A stretch of 40,723 bases of DNA from Acidobacteriota bacterium (GTDB taxonomy: Bacteria > Acidobacteriota > Vicinamibacteria > Vicinamibacterales > Fen-181). How positions within the stretch are numbered: position 1 is the first letter of the stretch; each line of letters begins with the position of its first letter. The notes beneath the pieces are model-generated. The model saw only the letters and a list, made by a program, of their open reading frames with translations. It searched no databases and was not told the origin of the DNA. The DNA lies in NCBI GenBank assembly GCA_021779795.1, contig JAJXZZ010000001.1, positions 1 to 40,723 on the forward strand, read 5' to 3'. Positions 21,813-30,853 of the stretch are shown here, one piece after another. The position numbers were made by a program, and so were the translations under genes.

Positions 21813-23744
21813 CTACGCCCTGCCCTCGAGTTGCGCCTTGATCCACGGCAGCTTGCCGCCGGCCTTGAGGATCTGCGCGTCGAGCGGCGAGAGCGAGTGC
21901 ACCAGCTCGGCCTCGGTGCCGTCGGTGACGTTCCTGAGCACGATGCGGCTCAGGAGGCTGCCGATGACGACCTGGATCTGGTCGCCCGGCTCGATCGAGT
22001 CGTAGTCGGCCGGGTTCTTGAAGGTCAGCGGGACGATCCCGAAGTTGATCAGGTTCGCCAGGTGGATCCGCGCGAACGACCGGACGATCACCGCCTTGAT
22101 GCCGAGGTACTTCGGCGCGAGCGCGGCGTGCTCGCGGCTCGAGCCCTGCCCGTAGTTGTCGCCGCCGACGATGAACCCGCCGCCCGCCTCCCTGGCGCGC
22201 CTGGCGAAGGTCGGGTCCACGGCCTCGAAGACGTACTTCGAGATCTCGGGGATGTTGCTCCGCAGCGGCAGGACCTTGGCGCCGGCCGGCATGATGTGGT
22301 CGGTGGTGATGTTGTCGCCCACCTTGAGCAGCGCCGGCCCCTCGAGGACGTCGGGCAGCGGCGGGAAGGCCGGCAGCGGCGCGATGTTCGGGCCGCGGAT
22401 GATGGCGGCGCTCGAGGCCGCGGTCTCGTCCAGCGGCTGGATGAACATGTTGTCGTTGACGAAGAAGCGCTTCGGCAGCTTGATCGCCGGCGCCGCGCCC
22501 AGCTCGCGCGGGTCGGTCAGGACGCCGGTCAGCGCCGTGGCCGCCGCCACCTCGGGCGAGACCAGGAAGACCGAGGCGTCCTTGGTGCCGCTGCGCCCCT
22601 CGAAGTTCCGGTTGAACGTGCGCACCGACACCGCGCCCGACGGCGGCGCCGCGCCCATGCCGATGCACGGGCCGCACGCGTTCTCGAGGATCCGGGTGCC
22701 GGCCGCCACGATGTCGCGCATCTCGCCGCTGGCCACCAGGTGCTCGACCACCTGCCGGCTGCCCGCGCTCACCGTCAGGTGCAGCGACTCGGCGATCGTC
22801 TTCCCCCTGAGGACGGCGGCCGCCACCTTCATGTCCTTGAGCGACGAGTTGGTGCACGACCCGATGCAGACCTGCTGGACCGGGATCTTGCCGATCTCGC
22901 GCACCGGCTTCACGGCGCCGGGGCTGTGCGGCATCGCCGCCAGCGGCTCGAGGGCGGCGAGGTCGATCTCGATCACCTCGTCGAACCCCGCCCGCTTGTC
23001 GGCCTCGAGCTTCATCCAGTGCGCCTCGCGCCCCTGCGCCCGCAGGAACGCCTTGGTCACCGCGTCGCTCGGGAAGATCGACGTCGTGCAGCCGGTCTCG
23101 GTGCCCATGTTGGTGATCGTCGCCCGGTCGGGCACCGACAGCGACTTCACGCCCGGCCCGAAGTACTCGAACACCTTGCCCACGCCCCCCTTGACGTCCA
23201 CGCGGCGCAGCAGCTCCAGGATGACGTCCTTGGCCGACACCCAGGGCGGCAGCGCGCCGGTCAGCCGGATGCCGACGACCTTCGGGACCTTGATGCGGAA
23301 CGGCTCGCCGGCCATCGCGCAGGCGACGTCGAGGCCGCCGGCCCCCATCGCGAGCGACCCGATGCCGCCCGCCGTGGGCGTGTGGCTGTCGCTGCCGATC
23401 ATCGTCCGGCCGGGGCGGGCGAGGCGCTCGAGGTGGAGCTGGTGGCAGATGCCGTTGCCGGGGCGCGAGAAGACGATGCCGTGCCTGGCCGCGACGGTGC
23501 GGAGGTAGCTGTGGTCGTCGGCGTTCTTGAAGTCGCCCTGCAGCGTGTTGTGATCGACGTAGCTGACCGACAGCTCCGTCTTCACGCGCGGGATGCCGAT
23601 CGCCTCGAACTGCAGGTACGCCATCGTCCCGGTCGCATCCTGCGTCAGCGTCTGGTCGATGCGAATGGCAATCTCGTTGCCGACCGCCCACTGCCCCTCG
23701 ACCAGGTGCGCCTCGATGATCTTCCGTGTGACAGAACTGCCCAT
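21813..23744 (-). CDS. aconitate hydratase (compact ~640-aa aconitase-family enzyme with a fused swivel domain)
   Basis: 643-aa track ORF. Motifs IGSDSHT, cluster cysteines in IGSCTNSS and NACGPCIGMG, NRNFEGRSG, and a C-terminal swivel domain with GDNYGQGSSREHAA. Confidence 0.88.
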   Translation of the reverse strand: MGSSVTRKIIEAHLVEGQWAVGNEIAIRIDQTLTQDATGTMAYLQFEAIGIPRVKTELSVSYVDHNTLQGDFKNADDHSYLRTVAARHGIVFSRPGNGICHQLHLERLARPGRTMIGSDSHTPTAGGIGSLAMGAGGLDVACAMAGEPFRIKVPKVVGIRLTGALPPWVSAKDVILELLRRVDVKGGVGKVFEYFGPGVKSLSVPDRATITNMGTETGCTTSIFPSDAVTKAFLRAQGREAHWMKLEADKRAGFDEVIEIDLAALEPLAAMPHSPGAVKPVREIGKIPVQQVCIGSCTNSSLKDMKVAAAVLRGKTIAESLHLTVSAGSRQVVEHLVASGEMRDIVAAGTRILENACGPCIGMGAAPPSGAVSVRTFNRNFEGRSGTKDASVFLVSPEVAAATALTGVLTDPRELGAAPAIKLPKRFFVNDNMFIQPLDETAASSAAIIRGPNIAPLPAFPPLPDVLEGPALLKVGDNITTDHIMPAGAKVLPLRSNIPEISKYVFEAVDPTFARRAREAGGGFIVGGDNYGQGSSREHAALAPKYLGIKAVIVRSFARIHLANLINFGIVPLTFKNPADYDSIEPGDQIQVVIGSLLSRIVLRNVTDGTEAELVHSLSPLDAQILKAGGKLPWIKAQLEGRA

Positions 23745-23844
23745 CGATGATTCCTCCGTGCGCGCGTCCGCGTGAACCTGCCCTACTGCCGGTTCAGATG
23801 GTGTGAGTGCGTCCAGCGAGTGTACCGAATGGGTTGAGAGGGGG

Positions 23845-24237
23845 TCAACGTGGAACCGGCTCGCGGCAGTTGTCTTCGAACTCCATCAGCTCCACCGGCG
23901 CCCCGTCGTCGAGAATGAAGGCCACGCGCACGCCGCGCGACGGACTGTTCGGCGCGATCAGGACCTGCTTTCCTTCGAGCGCCCGGTCGAGATCGTCCAC
24001 GGCAAATGCAAGGTGCGGCACCGTCCGCACGACTTCCGGCGCGTCGCAGTCCGGGTCGAAGCGCATCCACTCGATCCCGTACGGGCTCGTCTCGAACCCG
24101 CGGACGTGGATCCCGAGATGCTCGACGTGCCGCTCGCCGGCCAGAGGCGACGCGTGCGGGATGCCAAGGTGATGGTAGCGCCAGCCGTATCTCGCCGTGG
24201 CCGCGGGCGGATCGGCAGGAAGCCTTTGCTCGCTCAT
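23845..24237 (-). CDS. VOC (glyoxalase/bleomycin-resistance/dioxygenase) family protein
   Basis: 130-aa track ORF with a beta-alpha-beta-beta-beta-like layout. HHLGI and PHLAFAVDDLD are metal-ligand-type motifs. Confidence 0.65.
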   Translation of the reverse strand: MSEQRLPADPPAATARYGWRYHHLGIPHASPLAGERHVEHLGIHVRGFETSPYGIEWMRFDPDCDAPEVVRTVPHLAFAVDDLDRALEGKQVLIAPNSPSRGVRVAFILDDGAPVELMEFEDNCREPVPR

Positions 24238-24329
24238 CTCGAGTCCTCGATTGCGAGATCCACGTGAACGACCCTGGGCCGCGCCGCCCCGAAGGGGTCG
24301 GCCTACAACGGGTCACGCCTGGCGGAACG

Positions 24330-24343
24330 TGAGCCTTGAGCCT
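24330..24343. repeat. TGAGCCT x2 (same unit as the 8158 and 15902 arrays)
   Basis: Perfect 14-nt duplication in the VOC / DinB intergenic gap. Confidence 0.6.
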
Positions 24344-24384
24344 GTGCGGTCAAGGACATAGGTAACAAGCTCATCCACGTTCTG

Positions 24385-24843
24385 TCATCGCTGGTGGCCC
24401 ATCGTGCGCAATGACGGAAAGGTCGTTGGGACGTTCATGCGCCGGTTCCACCGTGTGCGTGCGCTGGTCGAGGCGCGCGATCGGGACCTCGACAGCACGT
24501 CCGCGCCCCGGGCCGCCCGATCGAACTCCTTGAGCCCCGCCCCGAAACGGCGAACTGCCTGGCTCCATTTCTGCCGATTCGCTGCGCTCACCTTGCCTGG
24601 CCAGCTGCCGGACGCGTGCTTCGGCACCGGCGGCTTCCCGCCGCCGAGCCACTGCACCACCCACTCGTTCCAATAGAGCATGCGGGTGAGGATCTCGTAG
24701 ACCGAGTGCGGGGCGCCGGCAGGACGGACGCCCGCCTGCTTCCAGCCGAGTCCCGCGAAGATCGTCCCGGTGTCCACGTGCGCGCCGGTTCCGTGCAGGG
24801 CGTTGCGCAGCGCCACGCCCACGGCGTCATGTCCGTCGGTCAT
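24385..24843 (-). CDS. DinB-family protein (C-terminus uncertain)
   Basis: 152-aa track ORF. The N-terminal ~110 aa look like DinB_2 (GTGAHVD..., HSVYEILTRMLYWNEWVVQWL). The last ~35 aa are Arg/Ser/Thr-rich and atypical. Confidence 0.6.
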   Translation of the reverse strand: MTDGHDAVGVALRNALHGTGAHVDTGTIFAGLGWKQAGVRPAGAPHSVYEILTRMLYWNEWVVQWLGGGKPPVPKHASGSWPGKVSAANRQKWSQAVRRFGAGLKEFDRAARGADVLSRSRSRASTSARTRWNRRMNVPTTFPSLRTMGHQR

Positions 24844-24906
24844 GATGCGCTCCAGTCATGCCATGGTTCCGTGGTGTCCGGAGACACCGCCTTCCCAGGC
24901 AAGGCT

Positions 24907-24965
24907 AAAGCCTCGCCCTACCGATGAAGGCTCCCCCCGACCGCTGAAGCCTCGCCGTACCCCTG
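24907..24965. repeat. three imperfect tandem copies of a 19-20-nt unit (GAAGCCTCGCCSTACC core)
   Basis: AAAGCCTCGCCCTACC (24907), GAAGGCTCCCCCCGACC (24926) and GAAGCCTCGCCGTACC (24946), upstream of the DinB gene. Confidence 0.4.
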
Positions 24966-24981
24966 CTCGCGTGACGCATCC

Positions 24982-25009
24982 GTCAGCCGTCGGTCGTCAG
25001 CCGTCAGCC
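24982..25009. repeat. 4-unit heptamer array of GTCAGCC units
   Basis: GTCAGCC GTCGGTC GTCAGCC GTCAGCC. It ends 1 nt from the stop codon (25011-25013) of the SGNH-like gene. Confidence 0.8.
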
Positions 25010-25010
25010 G

Positions 25011-25766
25011 CTAATACAGCCAGACGCGTCCGCCGCCGCGCAACCTCGTCCCCTCCTGCGGCGTCACCTGCTCGACGTCGCAGAGCCACTGCCGCTCCGG
25101 GCGCATCAGGTAGAGCCGGACCGCTTCCATGGCCGACCGGCCGCCTGCCGGCTCGACGCCGAGGATCTTCGGCCAGGCCGTCCGCCACAGCGCCGGCTTG
25201 ATGTGGATGGGGTCGATCCCGTACCACGACGGCTCGAGCTGGAACAGCGGCACGCGGTGCGCCGCCGCCAACTCGGCCAGCCCGGCGTTGACCAGCTCCG
25301 CTCGCTCCTGAACGACGTGGAGCCGCATGCGGCAGGACGGCGCGAACACCGCCCTGAAGGCGCGGTAGCGGGAGGGGGAGAGGCTCCGGATGCTGTCGAG
25401 CGGAAGGCCGGCGATCACGATGTCGCCGGTGTGGCGCTCGAGCCGCCCCATCGCCTCGTCCACCCACCCCAGGAGGCGTTCGACGGGAATGCCGTAGAGG
25501 ATTTCGTTGCCGACGTCGGTGACGAGCGCGCGGGTCGGCGCCGGCGGCGCCGTCTCGAGGTGACGCCACAGGCCGGAGTCGAGAATCGCGGGGAGCCGGC
25601 GCGCGAGGAAGGCGCTCTCGACACCGTAGGCCCTCCCGTGGCCCAGGGCGGCGACGATCTCGACGCCCGGCCCCCACGCGGCCCGCGCCGCCGCCACGAC
25701 GGCCTGGAGGCCTCGCGTCAGGTTGCTGGCGCCGAGCGCCACGACCCGCCGGATGTCATCGGCCAT
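25011..25766 (-). CDS. SGNH/GDSL-hydrolase-like protein, function unknown
   Basis: 251-aa track ORF. Block I-like VVALGASNLTRG, block III-like DVGNEILYG and block V-like DPIH are spaced as in SGNH hydrolases. Confidence 0.55.
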   Translation of the reverse strand: MADDIRRVVALGASNLTRGLQAVVAAARAAWGPGVEIVAALGHGRAYGVESAFLARRLPAILDSGLWRHLETAPPAPTRALVTDVGNEILYGIPVERLLGWVDEAMGRLERHTGDIVIAGLPLDSIRSLSPSRYRAFRAVFAPSCRMRLHVVQERAELVNAGLAELAAAHRVPLFQLEPSWYGIDPIHIKPALWRTAWPKILGVEPAGGRSAMEAVRLYLMRPERQWLCDVEQVTPQEGTRLRGGGRVWLY

Positions 25767-25852
25767 CGCTCGCTCCCGGGAACCTTGGCGGCGCCGCCCT
25801 CCTCCCGAGGCCCCATGATCTCACGAACCCGCACGCCCGGCGGGGACCCCGC

Positions 25853-27289
25853 TCAGTACCCGATCTTCAGCGCGAGCGAGAGCAGCAGCAGGGCGACCGG
25901 GACGTAGACGAAGACGGCGAACTTCGCCGCCGCCTTGATGTACTTGAAGAAGCTCACGCCGGCCATCGAGCAGATCGTGAAGGCGATGCCGTCCCAGGGC
26001 ATCCAGAAGTTGAAGGCGCCCGACGCGAGCTGGAACGCCAGGACGACCACCTGCTTGGAAAAGTGCAGCACGTCGGCGAGCGGCGCCAGGATGGGCAGCA
26101 CCGCGGCGGCCGTGCCCGAGGCGCTGCCGAGCAGCGCCGCCATCAGGGCGCTCGTCCCGAACATCATGTAGGCGACGACGAACTTCGGCGCCTGCTCGAG
26201 GTAGCCCGCCATGAAATTGAGGATGGTGTCGAGGATGTTCGCGTCGTGCAGGATGAAGTAGATGACCTGCGCCGCGCTCATCATGATGACGGCCACCATC
26301 ACGCTGCGCATCCCCTCGATGTTCTTCGCGATCATGTCGGACACGGTCAGGCCGCCGGCCAGCGGCACGACGATGCCCATCCAGAAGAACAGGCCGCCGA
26401 TCTGGACGAAGCCCCACTCGTAGCGCAGCAGCCCCACCATCAGGACGGCGAAGCTGGCGAGCAGCAGCACGAGGGCCAGGGTCCGCCGCGGCGTCAGGGC
26501 CGCCGCGGTCGAGGCCTCGGGCGACGCGCGCAGCCGCCGGCGGTTCTCCACGTCCTCCTCGGCCGAGAGCGAGCGCGACGGGTCGCGCTGCACGCGCGCC
26601 GCGTAGCGCATGATGACGACGCTCGTGACGGTCATCAGCAGCAGGAAGCAGGCCACGCGGTAGGCGGTCCCCGAGTAGAGCGGCACGCCGGCCAGGATCT
26701 GGCCGATCGCCACCGTGTAGGGGTTGGTGATGCCGCACGCGAAGCCCACCGCGATGCTCCAGTACATGACGAACACGGCCGACATCGAGTCGAAGCCGAG
26801 CGTCAGCATCAGCGGGCTGATGACGAGGATGAACGGGATGGCCTCCTCGTACATCCCGAACGTCGCGCCGCAGGCGCCGAGCGCCAGGACGATCACCGGG
26901 ATGAACGCCAGGCCGAACCGGCTCGTGCGCCGGACGAGCGCGTGGATGCCGGCGTCCACCGCGCCGGTGGCGATCACGGCCGTCATCGCGCCCGCCGACA
27001 GCATGATCACGAACGACCGGTCGGCCCCCTCGATGGCGCCCCGCATGAACACGGCCCAGAGCTCGGTGAACCCCTGCGGCACCGAGGCCACGGGGTGGAA
27101 CGACCCCGGCACGACGATGGTGCGCACGTGCCCCATCACGTCGAGCGTCCGCCGGTCGAACATCCCGCCGGGGATGACGAAGGTCAGCAGCGCGAAGAAC
27201 ACGCAGAGGAAGAAGAGGATCACCAGCGGGCTGATGTTCCCCATCGCGGTCACGAGACGCTCTCTGGGAGTCGGCATGGGTGCGGCCAT
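25853..27289 (-). CDS. YfcC / DcuC-family membrane transporter
   Basis: 478-aa track ORF with about 11-12 hydrophobic helices. The N-terminal FALLTFVIPGG and the overall layout match YfcC-type putative amino-acid/peptide carriers. The start may be a downstream Met. Confidence 0.75.
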   Translation of the reverse strand: MAAPMPTPRERLVTAMGNISPLVILFFLCVFFALLTFVIPGGMFDRRTLDVMGHVRTIVVPGSFHPVASVPQGFTELWAVFMRGAIEGADRSFVIMLSAGAMTAVIATGAVDAGIHALVRRTSRFGLAFIPVIVLALGACGATFGMYEEAIPFILVISPLMLTLGFDSMSAVFVMYWSIAVGFACGITNPYTVAIGQILAGVPLYSGTAYRVACFLLLMTVTSVVIMRYAARVQRDPSRSLSAEEDVENRRRLRASPEASTAAALTPRRTLALVLLLASFAVLMVGLLRYEWGFVQIGGLFFWMGIVVPLAGGLTVSDMIAKNIEGMRSVMVAVIMMSAAQVIYFILHDANILDTILNFMAGYLEQAPKFVVAYMMFGTSALMAALLGSASGTAAAVLPILAPLADVLHFSKQVVVLAFQLASGAFNFWMPWDGIAFTICSMAGVSFFKYIKAAAKFAVFVYVPVALLLLSLALKIGY

Positions 27290-27339
27290 CCAGGTTCCGG
27301 GAACGGGGTCGGGGGCTCAGGGCCGGCGGTCCGGCTCCA

Positions 27340-28668
27340 TCAGAAGTCCTCGTAGAATGCCCGCGTCTTGACCTCCGCCAGCAGGTCCTCGAGGGCGGCG
27401 ACGGCCTCGGCCGCGCGGCGGTTGTCGAAGGCGGTGAGCAACTCCGCGGCAGCCGTGAGCTTCGACCGCCGGGCGCAGTCCTCGACCTCGGCCAGGGGCC
27501 CGACGGTGGCCGCCTCGAACGCCTGCCAGCGGTCCCTGACGAAGCCGGCGCACGCGGGATAGTGGCGGTCCACCAGCTTGGCCAGCTCGGTGAACAGCCA
27601 GTAGGCCGACCCGCGGTCGTAGCGTCCGCCGGCCGCGGCGTAGTGCGGCTCGATGGCGGTCACGCCGAGGTGGAACGGCACGAACACGCCGGTGAGCGAC
27701 GTGGACAGGCAGCACCACATCCGGTGCGCCAGGCCGGGCCGCGGGCCGCGCCGCGGCTCGAAGATCGTGCAGGCTTCCGTGTTCATGCGCGCCACCGTGC
27801 GGACCCGCGTGCGGAACGGCGACCCGTCGGCCCGAGCCTGGAAGAAGGGGGTCCCCTCGAACACGTCGCGCAGCAGCGTCGTCAGCTCCGGCACGCCGAC
27901 CTGGCCGAGCGCCGACAGCCGCCCCTCGAGCACCTCGTGGCGGTCCAGGTTGTACCGGTCCGACTGGTTGGCCGGGTCGCCGAACACGGCGGCGAAGTCC
28001 AGGGGCGGCGTCGCCGGCCAGCCGCGCCCGGCCGCGTACGAGGCGAGCGTCGGCGCGGCCATCTCGCTGGCCGGCGGTGCCGCCCCGGGCGCCCCAATCC
28101 GGTAACAGTTGGCCCTCACCGACACCTCGTCGTCGCCGACGCGGCGGGCCGCCCACTGGCCGTCGCGCGCCAGCTCCACCCACCAGGCTTCGTCGGGGTC
28201 CGCCACGGCGATCATCGTGCCGGAATCGCAGCTCAGGCCGTGGCGCCCGCACAGCTCGCCGACGAGCGCGGCCCCCTCGCGGGCCGACCGGGCGCGCTCG
28301 AGCACGAGCTGCAGGAACTCGGTCCAGATGACGCCGCCCGCGACGACGTCGTACAGGCGCGCCTCGGGCACGCCGCGCATCATGGCCATGTTGTTGGCCA
28401 CGGCCACGCCGTGCTCGTTGATGCCGCCCGTGTGGTCGCCGGGGTAATGGCGCTTGTCGAAGATCCGCGTGGCGAGGTAGCGGGCCAGGCGCGGCGGCTG
28501 GTCGAGGGCCCCCGACGAGTGGAGCGCGTAGCGTTCCCCGGGGCCGGTGCGCCGCGCCTCGACGAGCGACACCCGGTGCGCCGAGTTCCTCCCCAGCTCC
28601 TCGCTGTGGGCCAGGATCACGCGGCCGGTGGCGCTACGGTTCCTGCCGACGACAAGTGTCGTGCACAC
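27340..28668 (-). CDS. C69-family (Ntn cysteine) dipeptidase
   Basis: 442-aa track ORF starting with GTG followed immediately by Cys: (M)CTTLVVGRNRSATG. This is the N-terminal nucleophile arrangement typical of peptidase C69. Confidence 0.8.
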   Translation of the reverse strand: MCTTLVVGRNRSATGRVILAHSEELGRNSAHRVSLVEARRTGPGERYALHSSGALDQPPRLARYLATRIFDKRHYPGDHTGGINEHGVAVANNMAMMRGVPEARLYDVVAGGVIWTEFLQLVLERARSAREGAALVGELCGRHGLSCDSGTMIAVADPDEAWWVELARDGQWAARRVGDDEVSVRANCYRIGAPGAAPPASEMAAPTLASYAAGRGWPATPPLDFAAVFGDPANQSDRYNLDRHEVLEGRLSALGQVGVPELTTLLRDVFEGTPFFQARADGSPFRTRVRTVARMNTEACTIFEPRRGPRPGLAHRMWCCLSTSLTGVFVPFHLGVTAIEPHYAAAGGRYDRGSAYWLFTELAKLVDRHYPACAGFVRDRWQAFEAATVGPLAEVEDCARRSKLTAAAELLTAFDNRRAAEAVAALEDLLAEVKTRAFYEDF

Positions 28669-28684
28669 AAGCGCTCCGCACGGA

Positions 28685-29491
28685 TCAGCCGAAGAAGGCG
28701 TCGAGGACCTCGAGGTACGTCGCGACGCGGATGTCGAGCGCGGGCGAATCGGGCGCGTGCAGCAGGTTCTCGACCGTGATCACCGGGCTGCACGCCACGC
28801 GGCGGGCCAGCAGTTCGTCGATCGACCCGTCCGCGCTGTCCACGATCGCGCCGTCCACGAGGCGCTCGCCGAACCGCGTGACCCCCTCGCGGATGAGCGG
28901 CAGGCTCGACGCCGCGAGCGCGGCCCGCACGCGCCGGCTCTCCGGCCTGTCGGCCGCGCCGTCACCGATGAAGTACAGGTAGGACCCGGCGCCCTCGAAC
29001 TGGTAGCCGGGAGCCTCGTAGACCGGGTCCTCGTGGAGATCGAGCACCGCGGCGCCCGGGCGGATCCCGATCCCGCCCGTCACGAAACGGGTGATCGCGT
29101 CGGCCTCGGGACAGGCCGGCGCCTCCGATCGGCCGAGCAGGTGGTCGCTGTCCGAGACGCTCTGGCCCGACGGCCCGTACCGCTCGTGGTGGGCATAGCC
29201 CCAGGGATTGAGCAGCGGCATGACCAGCAGGCGGCGGGCGCGGCCGATCTCGACGAGCCTCGGCACGTAGCGCGCGATCGCGACCGCGCCGGCCGGCTCG
29301 CGCCCGTGGATGCCGCCGATGAGCACGCGGTCCACCTCGTCCGCGTTGAACCACGCGCGGATGGGAAAGCCGTCCTGCCGGGCCACCTCGACCGACTGCC
29401 AGCCGGCGTCGCCGAGCGCGCCGGCGGCCGCGAGAATCTCGTCGAACGGCGGGCGCCCGTCGCCGGGCGCCGCGCCGGCCAGGTGGGTCAT
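28685..29491 (-). CDS. M14-like zinc carboxypeptidase / succinylglutamate desuccinylase-aspartoacylase (AstE/AspA) family deacylase
   Basis: 268-aa track ORF. Zinc motif GGIHGREPAG (H-x-x-E), LNPWG, and a second His in DLHED. Confidence 0.7.
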   Translation of the reverse strand: MTHLAGAAPGDGRPPFDEILAAAGALGDAGWQSVEVARQDGFPIRAWFNADEVDRVLIGGIHGREPAGAVAIARYVPRLVEIGRARRLLVMPLLNPWGYAHHERYGPSGQSVSDSDHLLGRSEAPACPEADAITRFVTGGIGIRPGAAVLDLHEDPVYEAPGYQFEGAGSYLYFIGDGAADRPESRRVRAALAASSLPLIREGVTRFGERLVDGAIVDSADGSIDELLARRVACSPVITVENLLHAPDSPALDIRVATYLEVLDAFFG

Positions 29492-29500
29492 CGTCTTCCC

Positions 29501-30835
29501 TCAGCGCGCCCCGCGCGCCTCCCGCGCCTCGTTCAGGCTGCCCTCGAACAGCGCCAGCGCCTCGTCCACCTCGGCCTCCGACACCACGAGCGGCGGCATG
29601 AAGCGGACCGTGCTCCGCCCGCACGAGAGCAGCAGCAGGCCGTTGTGGAACGCGCGGCCCACGACCGCGTCGCAGAGCTCCACGGCGGGCGCCCTGGACT
29701 GGCGGTCCTCGACGAGCTCGACGCCGATGAACAGTCCCCGGCCCCGCACGTCGCCAATCTCCGGATGGCGCGACTGCAGGTCACGCAGCCGGTCCATGAA
29801 GATCCCTCCGACGCGCGCCGCGTTGGCCATGTACCCGCCCTCGACCAGGTCGAGCGTGGCGAGCGCCGCCGCGCAGCAGATCGGGTTGCCGCCGTACGTG
29901 TTGCCGTGCGCGCCGCGCGGCCAGGCCTCCATGACGCCGCGGCGGGCCATCATCACGCCGATCGGCATGCCGCTCGCGATCCCCTTGGCCATCGTGACGA
30001 TGTCGGGCTGGACGCCCTCGTGCTCGCACGCGAACATGCGGCCGGTCCTGCCGATGCCGGTCTGCACCTCGTCGCAGATGAGGAGGATGCCGTGGCGGTC
30101 GCACAGGTCGCGCAGGCCGGCGAGGAATCCAGGCGGCGGCACGACATATCCGCCCTCGCCCTGCATCGGCTCCACCAGCACGGCCGCCACTTCGTCGGCC
30201 GGCACGCTGGTGCGGAAGAGGACCTCCTCGACGTAGTCGAGGACGGCGCGTCCCTGGTCGCCGCCCGCGAGCAGCGGCCGGTACGGGTTCGGGTACGGCA
30301 CGTGCGTCACGCCGGGCATCGTCGGGGCGAAGCGCTTCTGCTGCGTGGACTTGCTCGACGTGAAGGCGAGCGCCCCCATCGTGCGCCCGTGGAATCCGCC
30401 GAGGAAGCCGATGAAGCGGGGCCGCCGCGTGGCGTAGCGCGCCAGCTTCAGGGCGGCCTCGACGGCCTCGGTGCCCGACTGGCCGAAGAAGCACATGGCC
30501 GGCTCCCGCATGGGCGCCAGCGCCGCGAGCCGCTCGCCGAGGCGGGTCTGCCCCTCGTGCCAGTAGTCGCTCGAGATGTGGATGAACTTCGCGGCGGCGT
30601 CCTGGATGGCGCGCACGACGTCGGGGTGGGCATGGCCGGTGCTGCACACGGCGATGCCGGCGGCGAAGTCGAGAAACCGGTTGCCGTCCACGTCCCAGAC
30701 CTCGCAGCCGCGGCCGTGCGACATGGCGAACGGGTTCTCGCGGGGATAGGACGGCGAGGTCACCGCGGCGTCGCGCGCCAGGAGCGCCTGGGCGGCCGGG
30801 CCGGGAAGCGGCGTGCGGATGTGCGGCGTGTTCAT
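29501..30835 (-). CDS. class-III PLP aminotransferase, GabT / lysine-epsilon / acetylornithine aminotransferase-like
   Basis: 444-aa track ORF. Motifs GQSGTEAVEAALKLAR, EPMQGEGGY, DEVQTGIGRTG, PLP lysine in TMAKGIASG, NTYGGNP. Confidence 0.85.
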   Translation of the reverse strand: MNTPHIRTPLPGPAAQALLARDAAVTSPSYPRENPFAMSHGRGCEVWDVDGNRFLDFAAGIAVCSTGHAHPDVVRAIQDAAAKFIHISSDYWHEGQTRLGERLAALAPMREPAMCFFGQSGTEAVEAALKLARYATRRPRFIGFLGGFHGRTMGALAFTSSKSTQQKRFAPTMPGVTHVPYPNPYRPLLAGGDQGRAVLDYVEEVLFRTSVPADEVAAVLVEPMQGEGGYVVPPPGFLAGLRDLCDRHGILLICDEVQTGIGRTGRMFACEHEGVQPDIVTMAKGIASGMPIGVMMARRGVMEAWPRGAHGNTYGGNPICCAAALATLDLVEGGYMANAARVGGIFMDRLRDLQSRHPEIGDVRGRGLFIGVELVEDRQSRAPAVELCDAVVGRAFHNGLLLLSCGRSTVRFMPPLVVSEAEVDEALALFEGSLNEAREARGAR

Positions 30836-30853
30836 GAACGGATCCTTTCGGCC

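Noticed and set aside
24385-24560. Possible frameshift or pseudogenisation of the DinB-family gene. Its last ~35 aa are Arg/Ser/Thr-rich, and an alternative frame (track ORF 24371..24673) ends ...LSVIAHDGPPAMTERG.
   Set aside because: I translated all three frames and none recovers a convincing C-terminal DinB His/YH motif, so a frameshift cannot be demonstrated from the sequence alone. It needs an alignment to homologues.
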